A stretch of DNA of 20,000 nucleotides from Paramecium tetraurelia (taxonomy: Eukaryota): contig CT868020.1 of the NCBI GenBank assembly GCA_000165425.1, positions 244,699 to 264,698 on the forward strand, read 5' to 3'. The notes beneath the pieces are model-generated. The model was not told the DNA's origin and ran no database searches. It saw only the letters and a list, made by a program, of their open reading frames with translations. The position numbers and the translations under genes are program-made. Of the stretch, positions 11,184 to 20,000 are shown in pieces. Each line of letters opens with the position of its first letter. Positions within the stretch are counted from its first letter, which is position 1.

Positions 11184-12940
11184 ATGGGAAGTGTTTCATC
11201 AAATCCAAATGCAGACGAAACTGGCACAATCAGTAATCTTCCAATGCATCTTCGGAGGATGGAATTGAAATTTGATATTACCAAGGGTGTTAATCCAAAC
11301 CTCAAATAACTATTGCATTGTAAGAGTAAGCTATAAATATAGGGTCATTATTGGAGATCAGATAGGTTTATGAACAATTTTAGAGAAGGTCAACTTCTCC
11401 TTTTATTGATAAAAATATTTTCTGTAAAATTGTCCCTTTTAGCAGATCAAATGCAAGCTTCATCTTTGATTAATTTTGTGTCGGAAACAAAGTTCTTTCC
11501 ATTTATGAATTCATATGTATTCTTACCATCACTGCCTACACCTAATATATCCATAAAGTTCATTGTATTTATTAACATCAACACCTTTGCTAGTCTTATA
11601 TGTAGTGTTCGATCTTGATTGCAGTGGAAACATAAGTCTAAACGAATTACTGATAATATTTAAATCAATTATTTTAGGATACTGCAAGTTGACAGAAGCT
11701 GAATTGCCATCATATATCTAATTAGAGAAGTTTGCCAAATTGATGTTTCTCAAGAGTGATATATAAGTTGACAATTCTTTAGAGCTGAGCGAGTAATATT
11801 ACTTATAATTTTAGGATAATAGAGTGGTTAGACAATAATCCTACTGGTTTACAATTATTTTAGATGTATGAACCAAAGCAAAAAGTTTAAGAACCCTTTG
11901 AAGCCTTTCGTTCTTTTAGAGCTTATACAGAATAAGAAGCAGAAAATATGCTAGAAATGATCACTAAATCAAATAAGAATGAATATTATATGAAAAGCTT
12001 AAACGATTAGGTTGGCAAAAGGAATAAGTTCAGTTACATGGCCAATACTAAAAGTTAATAATAATAATAGATTTCTGTTATATAATAATAAAGAAATTAA
12101 TCTTTACCAAAAATTCAAGCCTAAAAATAAGTTAATTTGGAAGAAGAATTAGAAGAGCTAAATATCTTGGAAAAAGCATTAGATTAACACTAAAAGAAAT
12201 ATGATTTGTCAACAGAGAAACCTTCTTAAAGTTTACATCATCCTGCTTAAAATCCTATATCATTAGGAAAAAGAGTTAAAAGCTAAGGGAGGATAATGAA
12301 AAACATTATTATCACTAAAGGGTGTACTTTAACAAGAAATGAAATATTTAGAGTAAAAAATTATTTTGATTCCCTATCTGATAATAAAAAGGTTATTGGA
12401 GTTAAGGATTTTACGAAAGCATTCTAAAATAAACCTCATATGAAAAGAGTGACAGCCAGCTTATATAATTACTTAGATTCAAAATAAAAAGGATTTGTCA
12501 CTTTCGATCAATTGATTTTAAAGCTCTATCCTTCATTAACGAAAGTCTAATTGGATATTATTAATAATTGGATTAAGTAATATAACGAAGTATTTTCTAA
12601 GAGTTCAAAAGAGAGCATCGAATTAGATGTTCTAAAAAATAATGATACAAAGCAGATAAAAAGAAAGCGAATATTACCAAAAAGTAGTATGATTAGAATT
12701 CAATAGATTTATGATTTGATAGATCAAGAAAATAAAGGATGTAAATAGATATAATAAAAACTAGATATCTCTTTGGAAGATCTCAAAAAGACTTTTACTT
12801 ATGGTTTTACAGCCAAAGAAGTTGAAGATTTATTTAGATTACATGATTTAGACAAGGACGGAAAATTAGGAATGGATGATTTTATCAGAATTATACTTCC
12901 CCCAGACTATGTAATTGAAGATGAAGCAGAGGAATAATGA
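11184..12940 (+). CDS. N-myristoylated multi-EF-hand protein (~552 aa): calcineurin-B/NCS-like N-module plus calmodulin-like C-module
   Basis: MGSVSS start. EF loops FDLDCSGNISLNEL, LDSKQKGFVTFDQL, IDQENKG|YISLEDL and HDLDKDGKLGMDDF. Introns 11320-11342, 11565-11593, 11793-11814 and 12741-12764. Confidence 0.85.
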
Positions 12941-12967
12941 TAAATATTAACATTTCTTATTATATCA

Positions 12968-14340
12968 TCATTCCTTTTGTTGTGACCTTTTAAATTATTA
13001 TTACGAATAACTAGTAGCAAATTACAAAATAATCAACAATATTAAATAATACACTAGCGATTATCCATCAAGAAAGATAGCAACAAGATTTATAAACATT
13101 ACGCCAAAATTTTAACAGAATAAATATAATCCAAAAATTGCCATATCTTCATTCCAAATATCTGAGATAATTACTGCTGAATTAAATTATCCTGAGTTGT
13201 CTGTAAATCCTCTAAAAATGAAAATCTATATTATACATTAATAAGCCTAAAATTATATTGATATCGTAATTTTGTTAAAATGCACTTAGAATAGCAATTA
13301 TATTCATGCATTAAAAGGCATTTCCATAAAAAATTGAATTTTAAATAATTCCAACGAAAGATCTAGACAAACCATTAAAAATCCCGCTCACTATTTAAGC
13401 CACTCCCACATACAAGAAGATTCTGGCTGTTCTCACATTTACTGTTATTTAATCTTCACCAGGAAGTGAGGCTGAAATGAATTTATGAAAAATTCCAAAC
13501 TCAAAACCTATCACAACTCCAGTAGAAATAAATAAAGAAAATAAAAATTTCATTTCCTTTAATTAAAATTTTTACATAATCTATTTCAGTTATGCTTAAA
13601 ATCCAATTTTGGCAAACTCTTCATTGATATTTGCAACCTATTCTTCAGATTTTCCAATAGAATCATTCTATATCATATTTTAAGTTGCCTCTGAGATTTT
13701 ATGTTAATTACTTTTATCAGGTTATTACACAAAAATAAATAAAATAGATAATCCGCATTCAAATAATCCGCTGTATAAAAAGAAACTCTCTCTACCAATA
13801 TATTTTAATAATTAATCAGATGTGAGTCCATTCAACAAATATGCACATCCAAGTAACATGTAAGTTATCCCAAAATACAACTCTTTGGTTTTTTCATTTG
13901 TACAGTCACTTACATATGTATTTTACAAAACAAAATATCCGCCTAATCCAGCCCCTAAAAAGACACATCCTATTAGAGTTAGGGGAATCAACATATAAGG
14001 ATTGCATATTAAATCTTCAATGTTGTCCCCATTGCATCTTGATACATAAAATGCAGGAATAAAGCAAGGCAACACTAAAATTGCTTGAAAGACAAACCCA
14101 TATCTATATTTCATTTTAGTTAAATAAAGAGGAGCTATATTATGTTATAATCTTACCAATCAGATTGAATATTAGATTCACTGTGTATATGCAAATTAAT
14201 CCTAATTCACCTAAAGAGGGGTAATTATTTTATTCAGCTATTTGAGGCAATAGACTGGCTAAGGCTAAACATTAAGATAAATGAAATGTCAGAACTAGAT
14301 TCATATACAAGACTTTCCATAAGTTTGCATACTGTTTCAT
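12968..14340 (-). CDS. UNC-93-like / MFSD11-type multi-pass membrane protein
   Basis: SLGELGLICIYTVNLIFNLI|APLYL, GCVFLGAGLGGYFVLQNTYVSDC, KELYFGITY. Many hydrophobic helices and short introns. TGA at 12968-12970. Confidence 0.75.
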
Positions 14341-14709
14341 AGTAAAATATAATGACGAACTTTAAATATAAAAAATTATATTTAACAAGTCATTATACAA
14401 TATATAATCTAATTATTGTTTCATTCATTGTTTTTCTTTTTTATTAATCTATACTGATATTTAATCTATTCTTTTACCTTTCCTAGTTAGAATAAACAAT
14501 TCTTATCCTTGTTTAATCTTGTCTAAAAAATTGATAAAATATTGCATTCTAAACAAGAATAACAATATAAAAATAATGAAACAATTTTATTGACATAATT
14601 TTCTTTAAGCTTAAATCCTTTCTTCAAATAAGAAACAATTAATTTGCGAGTAATAATCCTTTAAAATTAATCAAAATTACTTTTTCAAATTTTTAATTAT
14701 AATTCTAGT

Positions 14710-15141
14710 TTGAAAAAATAAGCTCAGCAAAAATATTGCAATCTTCTTTAGTTTACGTTAAAAACTATCCATCCTTAAGAATAATTAAAACGCCGAAGTG
14801 CCTTTAATGAAAAGATTTAAAGTGTGTTTATTGCAGCATCTGAAAAAATTAAGAAGAATATTTATAGTACTAAAATGAAATTTAACACTTTGAAAAGCAT
14901 TTTATAAGGAATAGAAAATACTTGAAGAAAATTGATTGCATAGAAAGTATCTAAGTATTTATTATAATAGAAAGAATTATTAGTTGAATCGAAAAGCATG
15001 TTGCCTAATGCATTTTTAAGATTGGGACTCATTGAAAATGTGGCGGTGTTTGGAAAGATAAATGAGTAATTAAAAGAACAGGTATTAAATGTATAGATTA
15101 ATCCTAATTTTCTTCATAAAGTACATCCCTCTATGATTTGA
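14710..15141 (+). pseudogene. Possible gene relic of unknown family
   Basis: Coding-like frame ...IHPQEQLKRRSAFNEKIQSVFIAASE... broken by TGA at 14923-14925, then an intron-like gtatct...aatag and KELLVESKSMLPNAFLRLGLIENVAVFGK...PSMI*. No clear start codon. Confidence 0.3.
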
Positions 15142-15179
15142 ATATTATTTATCTCAAATTATTATAAAATTTTGTAAAG

Positions 15180-15798
15180 ATGAAATCATCAAATATGTTA
15201 AATCAAGTTGATTTAAGTTAGACTTAAAAAGAAGAAACAAACAAAATCCTTGAAATATAAAATGATCAATCATTTCAACCTCATTATGGAAAAAACTACA
15301 TGTTTAGATTTTATAATGGTCAGCCGCAAATTACAATCGGTCCTCATTGTAATTTATTATTTCAATGAAGGGCCTCTGAGTGTTTGCACTTTTATTTTGA
15401 TAATAGTGGGAGCTTATTTCATTAGTGCTATCATTCACATTAAATCAGGAATATGGTATAGTTCAGGATCGGTAATAAGCAGTTTAATATTGGAAATATG
15501 CTTTTTAAGGGTTTTTCTAAAAAATCCAGGAATTAATTTTACTTCAACTTATGTTCATAAACTGAGAGTATCAATTTTAACTAATTCAAATTTTTAGAAT
15601 TCTTGCTAACCATGTAAACTTGAAAAAGAATATGGAACCTATCATTGCTATTAATGTGATATTTGTGTTAAAGGCTATGATCATCATTGTCCTTGGGTTG
15701 GAAAATGTATAGGAGTAGGCAATATAAAAGAATTCTAAATGTTCTTGATGTCACTTTTATTTTTTTTTTCTTGCAATTTATTTTTAATCATGATTTGA
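15180..15798 (+). CDS. Short DHHC palmitoyltransferase
   Basis: ITIGPH|WP (intron 15349-15370), two TM helices, KNPGI, CQPCKLEKEYGTYHCYQCDICVKGYDHHCPWVGKCIGVGN, a third TM, then TGA at 15796-15798. Confidence 0.92.
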
Positions 15799-16276
15799 AT
15801 TCAATAATACTTCAATTACAATTTTTAAGGTTTTAAAAAAATAAAAGTTATGTAATGATGAATGAACAATATTTTCTGGATTTATCCTAAATAATTGTAA
15901 CGAGAACAAATTTCAAAAAGAGAAAACTAATTCTTTATCTATTCTTGTCAAATATCTATCATTATTAGAAAGATAATTTAGTATTTTTCAATAAATTTAC
16001 TTTTTTTTGTAAACATAAAGTCATATGGAATTAGATCTTACTTTGATTCCATATTTATATTCTAGCTGGTTCAACCTAACTCATTTTAAATCTTTAGAGA
16101 ATTTATCTAGTTAAGTAAGATTTAGAATTCATTTTTTTCAGTTTAGTATAGTAATTTTTTCATAATACTAATTTATTAATTTGAAAAAATATACCTTCTC
16201 TTTCCAAAAATATTGACTTAGTTTTGGCAACACAAATCTTATCTCTGTTAGAACTCTAATTAGTAATATATAAAAA

Positions 16277-16734
16277 TCATAATAAACTCTGTTCAAAGTG
16301 AGCTCTTAATTTTTATGCTTCATAATATATATCTTCTTCACTTCTTTCCGTTTTCAGATTTTCGGCTTAAGCTATCAAGATCTTGCCTTATTAAGGTATT
16401 AAATGGCATGTATTCCATCTTAAATGGAAACATGACAATTTGTCTTAAATTTTGATTAAATGATTACTTTAAAATATCAGACATCACTTTGGCAACTTCT
16501 TGGACAGTTATCCAAAACTCTACAGTTTCTACTTCTGTCATATCTTAGAGATATTTTTACAGGTCTTCTTGAACACACTAATACATGACCATTATAATTT
16601 ACGAATAAAAAACCTAACACCACCGGCTTTAAGTTTACAGCAGCGAATACATGTCTTCTTGTTAATATAAATAACTGTGAAAAAGGTATTTAGACTGGTC
16701 CAAATTGAACAAACTATTATAATGGTTTCGGCAT
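16277..16734 (-). pseudogene. FHIT: Fhit-type HIT hydrolase (dinucleoside triphosphatase) pseudogene
   Basis: QFGPVQIPFSQLF..FAAVNLKPVVLG/HVLVCSRRPVK, LQDMTEVETVEFW, SIQDG and RSEEDIYYEAQKLR are Fhit-like. Lesions are an AG-less intron at 16590-16613, a frameshift near 16555, a phase mismatch near 16468 and deletion of the HxHxH segment near 16405. Confidence 0.85.
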
Positions 16735-17541
16735 ATTTTTAATATATATTAGTTATTTATATTTCAAAGTTGTAATAGTAGTTTTAGAATGTTGTTGTCC
16801 AATCAAAAACTATTTATTAATTTATATAGAGAACCTAATAATAATAAGTTAAATGAGATAAGAAACGCTTTAAAAGTATTAACTTGCTCGAAGGTACATG
16901 TAAGCAAGACGTTTCATCAAAATTCAAAAAATGAGAAATGATATCTTCAATTATAAGAATGTTAATAAATGTATTATTGGCATCTCATATATCTTTAAGA
17001 AGTAAAGATTTATTTTCAGATTGTCAATTAACCGCATAATTATTCGATTTATTTGTAATTTAAATAATAAATTCAATTATAAAGCGATAAATATTTACTT
17101 TCACTATCAAAAAGAATAATTTTGAGAAAAATTATATGAAGCATTAAATGTTGATATTGTATAATCATAAATCTAATAAAATCTTAAAGAATAATACTTT
17201 AATAATCTTTTTGGTTGATTTGAATAGAATCTCATTCAAATCTAATCATATAATAGATATTTATAATTTGAATTACTCATTTAAATATCTGAAAGCAATA
17301 AATTTTTAAAACCTAAAATGACCAAAAATAATAAAATAAACATAAATGAATAATTTAATATTCTATTTAAGTAAACATATGCAATAAAGCTTCCATTTAA
17401 CAAAAAAATCCATATTGATTGTATTCATATAGATAATAATTATATTTTATTACACAAAAATTAAATATTTATACATAGTATAAATTTATCCTCTGATAGA
17501 GATGTAAAAAATAATTTGATAAGTCTCATTAATCATCAATG

Positions 17542-19300
<1,759 letters not shown>

Positions 19301-19459
19301 TGCTAATTTCTATTAGTTAAAAAAAAAATTAGAGAATAAATAAAATAATTTCATAATTTTGGGTGAATTTAATTTAAAGAAGTTGAGAGTTTATTATTAA
19401 ATCTCAAAAATAAACAGACTTCTTATAATTTTCTAATTATATTTTTATGTAATTGGTTT

Positions 19460-19612
19460 GGTACCTACTTTCCATTTTTGGTAAAGCCGCCCCTGTCTAC
19501 TTCTTTTCTAAAGAAAACGACAGTACTGAGTACGGTTGGCCTAGAGGAACAGACTAACTCAATACGTATTAGTGTGGGTAGGGCTGAGTCAGTGAGGTGT
19601 TAAAAACGCGAA
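19460..19612. other. GC-richer non-coding segment with several inverted repeats (candidate structured RNA or repeated element)
   Basis: Stems ctgtc(19493-97)/gacag(19519-23) enclosing ttcttt/aaagaa, gtactgagt(19523-31)/actcaatac(19557-65), agcc/ggct and gtgtt/aacgc. No known RNA family recognised. Confidence 0.35.
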
Positions 19613-20000
19613 GTTATTAAAGATAGATTAGAAGAGGTGTAAGTTGTATATTTTTGCAAAAATGGGTTTGTTATAACTTTTTTTAGTATTTGTCATTTTT
19701 TGATAGAAAAATTATTTGAGAGAGAGATGAGGCTGGTGCTGCCCAATTATGGTCCAAAGCCATTATTATAAAAATTAGTTGAAACCGATTGTTAAATTTA
19801 GTTAAATTTGTAACTGTCTTATTGACACATACTAAATAGGTTTTGTTTAGCATCTTGGATGATAGACACGCCTAGGCATGCTGTAGTAATTAAAAAAATC
19901 AAATTGTATCATAGTTTTCCCAGTATATTATATGCAATCAATTTCATAAATGATCAAGATAAGGGTTATCATTTTAAAAAACTATCGCATGTCATAACGG

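Noticed and set aside
542..12940. Apparent calcium-signalling cluster (calcineurin A plus two EF-hand genes)
   Set aside because: EF-hand genes are very numerous in Paramecium, and the three are interspersed with unrelated genes.
10912..14062. Supplied plus-strand ORFs 10912-11133, 11370-11618 and 13841-14062
   Set aside because: Off-frame or antisense to better-supported code-6 genes, or AT-rich spacer.
16740..17540. Long AT-rich spacer as possible gene or retained germline DNA
   Set aside because: No consistent frame, motif or terminal inverted repeats found by eye.
19583..19613. Hammerhead-like layout (ctga...hairpin...gaa)
   Set aside because: Lacks the required CUGANGA and GAAA core.
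19663..19670. Telomere-like GGGTTT
   Set aside because: Single hexamer, not a tandem G3T3/G4T2 tract.
19386..19912. TGA-free minus-strand frame of about 175 codons
   Set aside because: No recognisable motif or intron, and long open frames are common under code 6. Not excluded, but unsupported.

Overview
AT-rich, gene-dense eukaryotic DNA from a ciliate macronuclear genome, almost certainly Paramecium. TAA/TAG read as Gln, TGA is the only stop, and genes carry 21-30 nt GT..AG introns with intergenic gaps as short as about 30 bp. The supplied standard-code ORF track is therefore mostly fragments or artefacts; all calls come from manual translation with code 6 and remembered family motifs, not database searches. 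Left to right: 3' end of ATP synthase OSCP, calcineurin A, an ARID + KDM6/UTX-type JmjC protein lacking both Fe-binding His, TMEM135-like, OxlT-like MFS transporter, degenerate centrin-like protein, Ubc6/UBE2J-type E2 with a 7-aa core deletion, CFAP97/KIAA1430-like gene with an AG-less intron or premature stop, OB-fold protein with an (NRD)n/RG tail, a hypothetical ORF, a myristoylated two-module EF-hand protein, UNC-93-like transporter, and a short DHHC palmitoyltransferase. The right end is a decayed zone with an Fhit pseudogene, a disrupted kinase + septin/AIG1-like GTPase fusion and a GC-richer, stem-forming non-coding stretch. Best leads are the predicted pseudo-demethylase, the kinase-GTPase fusion, the OB-fold/NRD protein and the structured element near 19.5 kb.
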